Assembly: GCA_963735035.1 (NCBI GenBank) | Contig: CAVTJJ010000004.1 | Span: 896,001 to 960,000, forward strand | DNA: 64,000 nucleotides | Source of the DNA: an uncultured candidate division Zixibacteria bacterium | GTDB taxonomy: Bacteria > Zixibacteria > MSB-5A5 > GN15 > FEB-12 | Direction of reading: 5' to 3' | Shown here: in pieces, positions 30,885 through 41,067 of the stretch | Layout: every line of letters starts with the position of its first letter | Numbering within the stretch: the stretch's first letter is position 1 | The notes under the pieces: generated by a model | Database searches by the model: none | Told to the model about the DNA's origin: nothing | Seen by the model: the letters and a program-made list of their open reading frames with translations, nothing else | Made by a program: the position numbers and the translations under genes

Positions 30885-33269
30885 ATGCGACGATGGCTAA
30901 CCAACCTGATTGTCACGCTCGCGATTTCAGCAGCGTCTTGCCCAATCGTTCTGGGCGAACAAGCCACCGAATTTGAAATGGAAAATGTCGCCCGCAACTG
31001 GGTGACTGAAATGACCCTCAGGACAAGCAACTGGGCCGGAGAAACAACGCCCGTCTTGGGCGGTGTTCACGAAATCAGTCAGGACGGTACTCTCCTGGCC
31101 CGTTACTACGATGTGTCCCCGCGCGGTTACGTGGTTGTACCGGTTCTGAAAGAAATTAATCCGGTCATGCTCTATTCAGATGAGTCCAATCTCGACGCCT
31201 CGCAGGAAGGCGGCATGCTTCAGCTAATCAGAGACGTGCTGACCGAAAGAATGGAGCTGTTCCGTCAGGCCTTCGGCGATTTGAACGCGGTGCAGCCTGC
31301 TATCGGTGATGTGCCCTTTGATCGCAGCCAGAGGGCCCGCTGGGATCGACTGGCGGTAACGGCCAGGGAATTCCGTCCGGACCAGTCGCAGGCAGTGCTG
31401 GCCGAGGGGGGACCGCTGATTACCTCGAGCTGGCATCAGCGCGCCCCTTACAACAATGACTGCCCAATGGGCGACGGGGCGCGCAGCGTGGTGGGCTGCA
31501 CGGCCACCTCGCTTTCGCAGATACTGGACTTTTGGGAATGGCCTTCGAACGGAATCGGCAGCCACTCGTACGACTGGGGTGGCGACAACTGCAATGGAGG
31601 CTCGGTTCCCGGCCAGACTCTAAGTGCTGATTTCTCGGATAGCTACGATTGGGCCAATATTCCCGACAGTTGCGACGGAACCGTGCCATGTACGGCGGCG
31701 CAGGAAGCTGCCCTGGCGGAACTTTGCCATGAGGCTGGTGTGGCGGTCAACATGAATTACGGGGCCTGTGCGTCGGCCGCCGGTATGGACATGACCGTAT
31801 TCCCGACCTACTTCAAGTACAGCCCTTCAGTTACCAGAGAATTTCGAACCAGCCACACCCAACAGAGCTGGTTCGACATCATCCGGTCGGAAATCGATTC
31901 CGGTCGGGTTATGTGGTACCATATCAACTCCCATGCCATAGTCTGCGACGGTTATCGGGACAATGGCGGACAGCTCGAGTATCATATGAATTACGGCTGG
32001 GGGCAGGGCAATAACGCCTGGTATGTGCTCGATAACCTCTACTGCTATTGGATAAGCGGCAATATCTGTCCGTATGAACAGGAGGATGTGACCATTCACA
32101 TCGAGCCGCAGCGAACCCCAAGTATAACTTACTACGGCCGCACGCAGGATGACAGTGCGGGGGACAACGACGGTCTGGCGGAAGCCGGTGAAACCATTGG
32201 TATGGCCGTTACAATAACAAACACGGGCGAGATCGCGACAAATGCCACGGGCCTTTTGTCAACTACCGATCCCTACCTCTCAATTACGACCGCGACAGCG
32301 CCTTTCAACCCTTCTTTCGGCTGGGGCGAAATGAGCACCTCGACTACCCCCTTCGCGATTGGCATAAATAGCTCCTGCCCCAATCCCCATATTGCTCTGC
32401 TCAATTTGCAGGTAACCGACACGACCGAGTATTCGATGACCCAAACCCTTCCGATGTTCATCGGTACCAAACCGGGCTGGTCTGATGATCTGGAGATCGA
32501 CCAGGGGTACTGGGATCACCATTCCATCCGGATGTCGTACTCGGATGAATGGCATTTGGAAACGAGCCGCACACACAGTGGAAGCACCAGTTTGAAGTTC
32601 GGTGGAGTGGGATTGGCCAACTATTCCAACGCCTCCGACGGCGGTCTGGTGACGCCTCCTTTTCTCCTGGCGGCCGGGTCAAAGCTGAAGTTCTGGCACT
32701 GGATGAGGGCCGAGAACGATGCCGGGACGGCGGCCTGGGATGGAGGCATTGTCATGATTTCGAACGGCGATGGGAACTGGACTCAGATTTTCCCCGAGGG
32801 AGGATATCCGTACACAATTCTCCGGAACGCCGAGAGCCCGTTTGAATTCGGTACCCCATGTTATTCCGGCAGTTTCGACTGGTCCGAGGCCGTTTTCGAC
32901 CTTTCGGCCTACTCCGGTGTGGTGCAGATCATGTTTAGGTTTGGAGCCGACGGATATGTCAATTTCGAGGGCTGGTATGTGGATGACATTTGGGTCGGTA
33001 CGGGAACCTGTTGCCAGAGTCGGGTAGGAGATGCCAACGGCTTGGGCGGCGACGAGCCGACTATCGGCGACATCAGCGTCATGATAGACGCCAAATTCAT
33101 TACGGGAACATGTGACGGCATCGTCACTTGTCTGTCTGAAGCTGACATGAATCAATCCGGTGGCTCTGATCCGGTGTGCGATGACATCACAATCGGCGAC
33201 ATATCAATTCTGATCGATTACCTGTTCATTACCGGGTCGGCTGGTGTGACGCTTCCGAACTGTTTGTAA
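30885..33269 (+). CDS. C10 family (streptopain-like) cysteine peptidase with prodomain, accessory beta-domains and C-terminal dockerin-like module
   Basis: WHQRAPYN..CP..VGCTAT (catalytic Cys), HAIVCDGY, YHMNYGW; GWYVDDI beta-sandwich; CC..VGDANGLGGDEPTIGDISVMID..EADMNQSGG..ITIGDISILIDYLF. Confidence 0.9.
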   Translation: MRRWLTNLIVTLAISAASCPIVLGEQATEFEMENVARNWVTEMTLRTSNWAGETTPVLGGVHEISQDGTLLARYYDVSPRGYVVVPVLKEINPVMLYSDESNLDASQEGGMLQLIRDVLTERMELFRQAFGDLNAVQPAIGDVPFDRSQRARWDRLAVTAREFRPDQSQAVLAEGGPLITSSWHQRAPYNNDCPMGDGARSVVGCTATSLSQILDFWEWPSNGIGSHSYDWGGDNCNGGSVPGQTLSADFSDSYDWANIPDSCDGTVPCTAAQEAALAELCHEAGVAVNMNYGACASAAGMDMTVFPTYFKYSPSVTREFRTSHTQQSWFDIIRSEIDSGRVMWYHINSHAIVCDGYRDNGGQLEYHMNYGWGQGNNAWYVLDNLYCYWISGNICPYEQEDVTIHIEPQRTPSITYYGRTQDDSAGDNDGLAEAGETIGMAVTITNTGEIATNATGLLSTTDPYLSITTATAPFNPSFGWGEMSTSTTPFAIGINSSCPNPHIALLNLQVTDTTEYSMTQTLPMFIGTKPGWSDDLEIDQGYWDHHSIRMSYSDEWHLETSRTHSGSTSLKFGGVGLANYSNASDGGLVTPPFLLAAGSKLKFWHWMRAENDAGTAAWDGGIVMISNGDGNWTQIFPEGGYPYTILRNAESPFEFGTPCYSGSFDWSEAVFDLSAYSGVVQIMFRFGADGYVNFEGWYVDDIWVGTGTCCQSRVGDANGLGGDEPTIGDISVMIDAKFITGTCDGIVTCLSEADMNQSGGSDPVCDDITIGDISILIDYLFITGSAGVTLPNCL

Positions 33270-33293
33270 ACGATAACGAGCTTGATTATGCTG

Positions 33294-33327
33294 AACGGCT
33301 GCTCTGACCGGGGCGGCCGTTTCCTTT
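33294..33327 (+). terminator. Probable intrinsic terminator
   Basis: AACGGCTGCTC...GGGCGGCCGTT stem followed by TCCTTT. Confidence 0.5.
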
Positions 33328-33487
33328 AGCGTGAATTTATGCTCTTCGGCGGGCTATCTGGCGGTCAAGCACAACTCTTGCTATGTCGTTGCAATTCCGG
33401 GGTCGATGCACTATCATTGGCCGATGGGGCGCGGCGTGGTGTTTATAATCGGCATGTGGAAGTAACCTGGGTATTGAGACGGTTGAT

Positions 33488-36400
33488 ATGATTCCGGAGT
33501 CAAGTCGATACGAATTCCGACAGCGCCTGTCCGAAAACCCCCATACCCAGTCCTGGCTGGCTCTACGCCGTGATACTGGAAGCCTTTGCTTCGTGAAATG
33601 TGCTTCAGATTCGGGAGACCTGCCGGTTGAGGAAAAGCGGGAGATGTTGCGTCGGTCGTTTCGGCTTCAGACGCGGATTCGAACCTGCTCCATATACACC
33701 GCCAATTCACTCTCCACCGATCATGGAAATGTGTTCGTCGAGTACCCGTATCTGGCAGCCGATCGTTTGTGTGAAGTAAGCGTATCGATGCTGTTGGAAC
33801 CGTCGAGAGAGCTCCTCGTTCGACTCGCCGTCGTTATTGACTACCTCCATCTGTTGGACGTGGTGCATTGCGATCTGAAGCTGGAGAATTTCCGTCTGCT
33901 AAAGCATGCCCGGGGAGAGCGTCTGATCTTGATGGATCTCGACAACCTCCAGGAATCCGGAGAGCCGTCCCGGCATCGCGTATTCGGCAGTATCGACTGT
34001 ATTCCGCCGGAGATTCTCAACAACGACCGTATTTGCGGCGGCTCTGACTTATTCTCCATGGGACGATCAATTCAAGCCGGAGGTGCAAGTAAAGCATCTG
34101 ATCTCGAGCCCGGAAGGTCGGCGGACGTCACCTCTGAGCGCCTGCATAATCTGATTGATAGGTTGACCCAGGCCTCTCCTGCCGCCCGACCCGAAATGCT
34201 CCTGCGAGGGCTTCACTTCGCGAATTTGATCAATGACGACCAATATCAACACGGTCTAAAGACAACACTGGCCATGTTGCTGCTGACAAATTACCGCGCC
34301 CTCCGCGCCAACGGGAGGTTCAGCAAAGCCGATTTGCAGCGCGACTTGTTCCAAGCCTCGAGACTCTATTCGCTGCCCCACGATCTGTGTGAGTGTCTCC
34401 AGCAGACTCTTCTCACCGGTACAATGATCGCCTTCGAAACCGTGAAAGAAATTCTGACCGCGTCAAAGTGCGAACGGTGTGGAGAATTCTGGTATCTGGC
34501 CATCCCAGACGAGACGCTTCTGAGAATATTTTCAAGATTTCCTGACGAATCCGAGTCCGTGGAAGAGGCGGTCTGCCGGGCGGATAGCCGAGATTCTGAG
34601 AGTAGTAAAGACACTGACTCCTCAGAAATGTTTCCGACAGGGAAAGGGTTGCGGAGCTACCTCATCCGAAAGAATCGGGTGACTTCGGAGCTTGAAGCCG
34701 GGAGGTCAATTCCCCTGTCCGAGTTCCGTGGGTTGGCCGGACTGGCGGTGGCCCTGCATCGCCCATTGGAGGCGTCTGAGCACATTCAGCACGCTATCGA
34801 AGTCGCCGTCCCCAGTTCTGACGAACAACTGGAGCTTTATGCCTTCTACGCCCGAGAGCTTTGGGCTGCCAATAAGGAAGAGGCTGCTTCGGCGGCCAAC
34901 GACAAAGGATTGGAACTTGCCCGGAGCTGTTCTCGAAAGGCTGCGGAACTTGACTTCAGAAAACAGCAGGCATGGAGAATAGGTCACGCGGGTAATATTG
35001 CTGAATCGGTTCGGCTCCTGGCACAAATAGCAGTGGAAGCTGAGGAGCTCCATCTGCACGAATTCCAGGCAAGGGTATTGGGTGATCTAGCCGCGATGTG
35101 GCGATCAGGCGGTCATCTGGATGAAGCGGCAGCAACTTACGACAAATGTTTTCGATTGGCCGACGCTCGTCAATACGGCCCGCACTTGACGGGTACTTTG
35201 TGTGGGGCGGCCTCACTCTGTTTCGAGACTGCGAAGTATAGAAGGGCGATCTCATACGCCAAGACAGCTCTCAAGTATATCGACCGCCGTCAGCAAAGCC
35301 ATTTTCTATCTTATATATGTGATTACATGATCGCAAGTCACACGCGTCTGGCAGAGTATGACAAAGCTGATTATTGGTCCGGCCGAAGTCTTGGGCTTAT
35401 CCATGCCGCGGCTCGAGATGACGGGTACGCGATACATTATTCTTTGGTGGGGTGGTCCAAGATGGTTCGCGGTGATCTGGCCGATGCCGAACTGGCCTTA
35501 CAGAGGGTCCTTGAAATAAGTCCGGCAGGGCGGGCCTACTCCATTGAATGTCACAGCCTGCGCAATCTATGCGAAATTGCCTTCTATCGAGCTGAGCTAA
35601 ATGAGCTTGAGCGGTTGAATGATCTAACTCGTAAAGCTCTGAAGGCATACCCCGATGTCGTCCTTTCTTTGGAACTGGATATGATCATCGGTCTAAAGGA
35701 TTTCTACTACGATCAAAAGTGCGACCTCGACTACCTAGGCCGGTTGGTGATTTCACTCGATGAAGGCGGGTGCCGGTACTACGCCGCCATGCTTCTCTAC
35801 ATTGTGTTGATCGAATCCGATCGACCCTGGCGAGAAGAGAATCGCCTTCTTGTTCAGAAGGTGATGGCTCATGTCCCGTCGGACGAGACTCCATTGTTTC
35901 GCGCTCTCCACAATACAGTCGAGCCTTATATTGCAGATGTCGCTTCAGTCCCGGATATGATTGCGGCGTTGAGAAACGCCTATCGTTATTTCGAATCGGC
36001 TGGTCAGTGGTTTCTGGCTATGATCACTTGTGTCGGGATTGCCCGGCTGCACTATGACGATCGTCAACCCCGTCTCGGAGCGCGTTTCACCCGCCAGGCT
36101 ATTTCACTTGCCGAACGTTTGGGTAACCGAAGATTTGTCCAACTGCTCAGTGATTTGCTCAAGGAAAAGGCGAGTTTGGTCCATGAGCGGCGGGTTCTGG
36201 TGCAGTCTTTTGACGGTATCGCGGAAATTCTCTCCAATATCTCACAGGAAATCGATCCCTTGCCCCGCCTCTTGAAATTCGCCGTAGATGCGGTCGAGGC
36301 GGAGCGCGGAGTTCTTCTAGTATGCAGTCATGATAGTGATGATCTCCGGGTCCGTTGTTTCGTAGGTTGCGAGGCCGAAGACCTTCAGGACGTAGTCAGC

Positions 36401-37654
36401 TTTAGCCGAAATATCCCCAAGATGGCGCTGTCTTCGATGTCCCCAGTGTTCGTTTCGGATGCCCTGGCCGACGACGCCACGAAGAAATACAAGAGTATTG
36501 TAGCGCATAACATTCGTTCGGTCATCTGCGTTCCGATAGCGGTAGAAGGTCGTGCCCGCGGCGTCATCTACCTTGATCATCACACCATTCCGGCCCTGTT
36601 TGACGAGGAAGATCTCACGTTTGTGGGCGCTTTGTCGAAGTTCGCGTCGTTGATATTCGATACCTACGCCAAATACCGTTCGTCAAAGAACCTTACCGAG
36701 TATCTTGAAAAGGGACTTAATGATATCGGGGTCGGAATCAGTTTTGTTACTCGAAGTGAGACGCTGAGACGTCTTCTCGGGCCGCTGCCGCAGATTGCCG
36801 CTTCTGATACGTCCGTACTGGTCCGGGGTGAGAGCGGAACCGGCAAAGAGATTATCTGTCGAATGATTCACTCCTCGAGTGCTCGAAAAGACGGACCGTT
36901 CATCAAACTCAACTGTGCTGCCATCGCTCCCACCCTGGTAGAAAGCGAGTTGTTTGGAGTGGCTGATCGGACCGCTACGGGTGTGGCCGCCCGCAAGGGA
37001 AAATTCGAAGCGGCTGACGGCGGAACTTTATTTCTGGACGAAGTCGGCGATATGCCCCTGGCTGTTCAGGCCAAAGTGCTCCGCGTCCTCGAATACCAGG
37101 AGTTCGAACCGGTAGGGAGCAATACGACTATTTCGACTGACGTGCGTTTCATTTATGCCACGAATAAAGATCTGGCCGAGATGGTTGCCCAAAAGAAATT
37201 TCGAGCCGATCTCTACTATCGAATCAATGGCGTCGAAATTGCGATTCCCCCCCTCAGAGAGCGGCCGGAAGATGTCGAGGTGCTCTGTGATCATTTCATT
37301 GCTTTGTTTAGCCAGACGACACACAAACCGATCAGCCTCTCAGGTAGAGCCCTCTCTGTCCTCGAATCTTACCCGTGGCCGGGTAACGTGCGCGAACTTA
37401 GAAATGTCATTGAACGCCTATCGCTGCTTTGTCCTGGGAAAACCATTCAAATGGGCGATTTGCCTTCAGAGATTGTCAATTTGTCCGTCGCCGATGAGCC
37501 GACCAGCCTCGCCGCCGAAGCCGCCGAAAGGGCCCAAATGCTTCGAGCCCTCACAAAGCATAATTGGAACAAATCGGCTGCGGCCCGGTCGATGGGGATG
37601 CCGCTCAGCACATTCTGCCGAAAAATGCGGAAGTACGGCCTTCGCCGTCCCTGA
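33488..37654 (+). CDS. Sigma54-dependent enhancer-binding protein with N-terminal atypical Ser/Thr kinase, TPR and GAF domains and a Fis-type HTH
   Basis: HCDLKLEN kinase loop; helical TPR region; GAF (IRSVICVPI..GVIYLD); GESGTGKE, LNCAAI, FLDEVGD, FRADLYYR, WPGNVREL; HTH NKSAAARSMG. Confidence 0.9.
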   Translation: MIPESSRYEFRQRLSENPHTQSWLALRRDTGSLCFVKCASDSGDLPVEEKREMLRRSFRLQTRIRTCSIYTANSLSTDHGNVFVEYPYLAADRLCEVSVSMLLEPSRELLVRLAVVIDYLHLLDVVHCDLKLENFRLLKHARGERLILMDLDNLQESGEPSRHRVFGSIDCIPPEILNNDRICGGSDLFSMGRSIQAGGASKASDLEPGRSADVTSERLHNLIDRLTQASPAARPEMLLRGLHFANLINDDQYQHGLKTTLAMLLLTNYRALRANGRFSKADLQRDLFQASRLYSLPHDLCECLQQTLLTGTMIAFETVKEILTASKCERCGEFWYLAIPDETLLRIFSRFPDESESVEEAVCRADSRDSESSKDTDSSEMFPTGKGLRSYLIRKNRVTSELEAGRSIPLSEFRGLAGLAVALHRPLEASEHIQHAIEVAVPSSDEQLELYAFYARELWAANKEEAASAANDKGLELARSCSRKAAELDFRKQQAWRIGHAGNIAESVRLLAQIAVEAEELHLHEFQARVLGDLAAMWRSGGHLDEAAATYDKCFRLADARQYGPHLTGTLCGAASLCFETAKYRRAISYAKTALKYIDRRQQSHFLSYICDYMIASHTRLAEYDKADYWSGRSLGLIHAAARDDGYAIHYSLVGWSKMVRGDLADAELALQRVLEISPAGRAYSIECHSLRNLCEIAFYRAELNELERLNDLTRKALKAYPDVVLSLELDMIIGLKDFYYDQKCDLDYLGRLVISLDEGGCRYYAAMLLYIVLIESDRPWREENRLLVQKVMAHVPSDETPLFRALHNTVEPYIADVASVPDMIAALRNAYRYFESAGQWFLAMITCVGIARLHYDDRQPRLGARFTRQAISLAERLGNRRFVQLLSDLLKEKASLVHERRVLVQSFDGIAEILSNISQEIDPLPRLLKFAVDAVEAERGVLLVCSHDSDDLRVRCFVGCEAEDLQDVVSFSRNIPKMALSSMSPVFVSDALADDATKKYKSIVAHNIRSVICVPIAVEGRARGVIYLDHHTIPALFDEEDLTFVGALSKFASLIFDTYAKYRSSKNLTEYLEKGLNDIGVGISFVTRSETLRRLLGPLPQIAASDTSVLVRGESGTGKEIICRMIHSSSARKDGPFIKLNCAAIAPTLVESELFGVADRTATGVAARKGKFEAADGGTLFLDEVGDMPLAVQAKVLRVLEYQEFEPVGSNTTISTDVRFIYATNKDLAEMVAQKKFRADLYYRINGVEIAIPPLRERPEDVEVLCDHFIALFSQTTHKPISLSGRALSVLESYPWPGNVRELRNVIERLSLLCPGKTIQMGDLPSEIVNLSVADEPTSLAAEAAERAQMLRALTKHNWNKSAAARSMGMPLSTFCRKMRKYGLRRP

Positions 37655-37665
37655 CCCCGCCCTCA

Positions 37666-37860
37666 ATTCTTGCCACTCTGCCGCATTCTTGCCAAACATG
37701 ACACCAGGCCCCGCTTGGCTTTGAAGCGTGATATTGCGGAAGCGGCAAGAAGAGTGGTAAACCACCCCGTTACGTCATCCGTTGAAGGTCGCATAAGCTG
37801 CTGGCGATGAGATAGTTGTATCTTGATCGCGATCCTAATTCGTCCGGCACGTAAGTTGTT
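37666..37860 (+). promoter_or_regulatory. Candidate activator sites and imperfect sigma54 promoter
   Basis: ATTCTTGCCA at 37666 and 37685; inverted GGCAAGAA (37744) and AGAGTGGTAA (37751); CGGCAC-GTAAG-TTGT at 37845 (GT in place of the -12 GC). Confidence 0.4.
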
Positions 37861-37872
37861 TTGCCCCTTGGC

Positions 37873-38172
37873 ATGACACGAGTAAACAGAACCAGTCCAC
37901 AGAAGACGACGAAAGTAGAGAGTGATTCTCAATTCTCCCTACGTCGCACCGCCTGGCTTTCGGTGATCGCGTTTGTCCTGGTTGCAGCCATGGCAGCGCC
38001 GCATTCGATTAGGGCCGATGGAGGCAATAGTGGCCTGCCCACAAATTACGAGGACTCGCTACTTGTAAGGCGGGATTCCACGGGGATACCCGATACCACC
38101 CTGGTGTATCCGGTCAGTAGCTCGCAAACGGCTCCGTCGCTTCTCTGGGAGTTGTGGGGATTGTTGTTCTAA
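37873..38172 (+). CDS. Small exported hypothetical protein
   Basis: Hydrophobic signal-like segment (AWLSVIAFVLVAAMAA..IRA), short polar region and hydrophobic C-terminus LLWELWGLLF; start uncertain. Confidence 0.55.
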   Translation: MTRVNRTSPQKTTKVESDSQFSLRRTAWLSVIAFVLVAAMAAPHSIRADGGNSGLPTNYEDSLLVRRDSTGIPDTTLVYPVSSSQTAPSLLWELWGLLF

Positions 38173-38192
38173 CGGGGTGAAACTTGAAAGAA

Positions 38193-38210
38193 GCATGACC
38201 TTTGTCATGC
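38193..38210. promoter_or_regulatory. Perfect palindrome upstream of the WYL regulator (candidate operator)
   Basis: GCATGAC-CTTT-GTCATGC, ending 19 nt before ATG 38230. Confidence 0.5.
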
Positions 38211-38229
38211 GGGGGAGGGGGAGGGGATA

Positions 38230-38838
38230 ATGTCAACACGAACACTGAAAATCCTGAGCCTGCTGTTCCGGCAGCGCTCCTTCACTCGGGAGGAGATCAC
38301 GAAGGCCTACGGGATTCGCGAAGAGGCAGTCGACCGGTACGTTGAGCGCCTGACCGAAGCCGGAATCCCAATCAGTTTTGACCAATCAACGGGGCGCTAT
38401 CGGCTGACCGACCTAAACGGCGCCGACCATGACCCTATGAGTCCGTTCGATGTATTCGTGTTGCGTCTGGCCGTGCGATTGCTCAAAGCTCGGCTCAAAG
38501 GACAGTACAAGCCAACCGTACAGAACATCGAGGCGCATCTCGATAGCCTGTCCTCCCGCACCCTGCCGGTCAAGATCGATAGTCTTCTTGACTCCATAGA
38601 GCGATCCTCCGACGCCTCCCACCTGCTTCAGGATCTGAATTGCTGTCTGATTCTTGAGGCCATTCGGCTGGGTAGGGAAATCCAGGTCGTCCAGTCGGAT
38701 CAATCGGGGCTGACTCGGGAGACCGTAGTCGTGAAAGCAAGTCTCGAATTTGGTGACGAGTGGGTGTTGCGCGATCTGGGAGGAGCCTGCACGGAAGAGA
38801 TACCGATTTCAACCGTCACGGATATTCGATTAGTCTAG
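38230..38838 (+). CDS. HTH-WYL (YafY-like) transcriptional regulator, divergent and lacking WCX
   Basis: N-terminal winged HTH (..YVERLTEAGIPI..GRYRL); WYL-like segment EAIRLGREIQV..RETVV..EWVL..IPISTVTDI. Confidence 0.7.
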   Translation: MSTRTLKILSLLFRQRSFTREEITKAYGIREEAVDRYVERLTEAGIPISFDQSTGRYRLTDLNGADHDPMSPFDVFVLRLAVRLLKARLKGQYKPTVQNIEAHLDSLSSRTLPVKIDSLLDSIERSSDASHLLQDLNCCLILEAIRLGREIQVVQSDQSGLTRETVVVKASLEFGDEWVLRDLGGACTEEIPISTVTDIRLV

Positions 38839-38958
38839 GCGAAATTGTCTGTTCGGTTCGAAGCCGGATGCCCGGGGCTCGAGGGGGGATGCCCGGTCAT
38901 CCGGTTTCAATAGTTGTGATCACGCAAGTCCGCCAGGACAAATCCTTGCACGTTTTGA

Positions 38959-38986
38959 TTGACAGGACCGTCGATCATGTTATCTT
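38959..38986 (+). promoter_or_regulatory. Sigma70-type promoter
   Basis: TTGACA-16 nt-TATCTT upstream of ATG 39047. Confidence 0.55.
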
Positions 38987-39046
38987 GAATGAAGCATCAG
39001 GAGAACCGTGCCAGGAGGGCGTGTTTTGTTTTGAAAGGTAACGGCG

Positions 39047-41065
39047 ATGTTCCAAAGAGTCTGTTCAAGATTGTCGTCCAATTTCCGTTGGGGAGTGAGT
39101 CTCGTACTCGCGGCGCTACTTATTAGCGGTTCGGTTCGGGCGGCGGGAGAAGACCCGCCGGCGACTGCTCCCACCGGTCCTGAAGGCTGCGCCTGTATCG
39201 GCACGGTCGGCAACGTTAACTGTGACTATAAAGACGAGGTCACGGTGGCCGACTTGGCGCTGCTGATCGACCATATCTTCATAAACGGAACCCGGCTGCC
39301 CAATCCGGCTGAAGCCAATATCAACGGCGACCCTGCCGGTGAGATCACCCTGGGGGACGTCTACATGCTAATAGACCATCTCTTCATTTCAAGGGTGCCG
39401 CTGCCGGACTGTCCTAAACCGTACAACAACCCGCCGGACACGCGATTTATCGGCTTCTCAGAATACTTGCCGTTTGTCAACAGTGTCGGGCCGGGAAACT
39501 GGGCCACGGGTGTGCGCCTGAACTGGGCGGCGAACGATCTGGTCGACCACGCCTATGACGATCCCTCGTTTGCCTTCGAATACCGTCTTTACGGACCCTA
39601 TACTGATTCGGTCTACGATCAGATAATACATTCATTTCAATTCATAGTGTTCAGGTCGTACGACGGTCAAATGCTCAAGACGAGACAGTACCCATTAAGT
39701 ATGTACATCACTTGTGACACGACCTGGCTTCCGGGCGGTATTCGCCAGATAGATTGCGATACAGTTCTCGTAGATACTATTGATGGCACAACTTCCTTCG
39801 GCTTTTTCGACACCTTGTTGGATGTTGAAGATCCGAGTTTCCTGGCCAATCCAGAGTTTAATCGCCTGGTTCCGATGCCTAGGATGGGTGACAACGCCTG
39901 GACTTACGCCATGGGGGACACGCTCTACAATCTTTTCGCCGATCACCCGTCCGATACGACTGTCAGGGCCAATTTCATCGCCTGGGTGCGGGCGAGAGAC
40001 CCGGAGGATTCGACCGTATACGATCCTACGCCGGCGTTCAAGAGAGCGCAGGTGATTGAACCCAAATTCGAGCGCGATGTGGCTGTTATTGATTTTGGCT
40101 CACCGGCATATGAGAATACCGCCAAATACAGCTGCCAACTTGCTTATTGGGCAGGTGCAATACCCCTATGGGCGGCACATGCCGGTCTAACGTCAGATAT
40201 CCAGTTCGACAAGGCCTTTGATATAAGAGATTACGGAAGTTTCATGCAATCTTTGTATGAGAGCGCGGAAACCAAGTTACTTGCTTTTGCTCTAAAGCAC
40301 AAAGTAGTCATCATCATCCAAGATGCAGCCATGTCCGGCGCCTGGAGTTACGGAGGCGTCCGACAACTGGTCTTGTATCAAGCCATCGACGTTGGTACGA
40401 ACGTTTGGGTGGCGGCCAGAGTACCGCTCGGCAGGCACGAGTCTGACAGACCTCCCGCAACCGACACTGCCACGTGGGCTTATCAATACTACTTTGGGGT
40501 CCAACAAGTCGCGTTCCCGGGTTGGGGTTCCTTTCTCTATAGCGCTTCGCATTGCGGGCTACCGCGCACTGAACACTTTATTGGGGCCAACTCCCTTGAT
40601 ACTTTGCGCTGGCCAAACCTGTCAATTGACACCGCCCTTCTTCGGACTCAATACAAGTGGGCTGGATGCGTGCCGTCAGAGGCTTGCTATACTGATCCTG
40701 AGTGCAATCCTAACAACTGTTTTCCATTCTTTCCATTCGCTGATTCTGCTTTTGCTTTCCTCGGCGCCCTGCCGCAGGTTGGATGGATGGTGCGGACCTA
40801 TGACTCCGAATGCATGTACACCTTCAAGTCGCTCTATGGCGCGGTACATCCAATTGATCCCCAACTGAGTTATGATGGTCGCCCGGTTATGGTCCGGATG
40901 GACCGGGGGAGTTTCCGGACAGTACACTCGCTCTTTACTCCGTTGGCCCTGGAAGCAACGTCAGGGCAGCAGTTGGTGGATTCAATCCTGAGCTGGCTCT
41001 ATGAGAAATGGCTGCCCGGCAATAGCGGTCCAAAGGTCAAGACCGCGGTTGAGGGGAGGGAGTAG
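39047..41065 (+). CDS. Secreted protein with N-terminal dockerin-like module
   Basis: Signal peptide, then CAC..VGNVNCDYKDEVTVADLALLIDHIF..EANINGDPAGEITLGDVYMLIDHLF..C; the remainder is unrecognised. Confidence 0.85.
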   Translation: MFQRVCSRLSSNFRWGVSLVLAALLISGSVRAAGEDPPATAPTGPEGCACIGTVGNVNCDYKDEVTVADLALLIDHIFINGTRLPNPAEANINGDPAGEITLGDVYMLIDHLFISRVPLPDCPKPYNNPPDTRFIGFSEYLPFVNSVGPGNWATGVRLNWAANDLVDHAYDDPSFAFEYRLYGPYTDSVYDQIIHSFQFIVFRSYDGQMLKTRQYPLSMYITCDTTWLPGGIRQIDCDTVLVDTIDGTTSFGFFDTLLDVEDPSFLANPEFNRLVPMPRMGDNAWTYAMGDTLYNLFADHPSDTTVRANFIAWVRARDPEDSTVYDPTPAFKRAQVIEPKFERDVAVIDFGSPAYENTAKYSCQLAYWAGAIPLWAAHAGLTSDIQFDKAFDIRDYGSFMQSLYESAETKLLAFALKHKVVIIIQDAAMSGAWSYGGVRQLVLYQAIDVGTNVWVAARVPLGRHESDRPPATDTATWAYQYYFGVQQVAFPGWGSFLYSASHCGLPRTEHFIGANSLDTLRWPNLSIDTALLRTQYKWAGCVPSEACYTDPECNPNNCFPFFPFADSAFAFLGALPQVGWMVRTYDSECMYTFKSLYGAVHPIDPQLSYDGRPVMVRMDRGSFRTVHSLFTPLALEATSGQQLVDSILSWLYEKWLPGNSGPKVKTAVEGRE

Positions 41066-41067
41066 TG

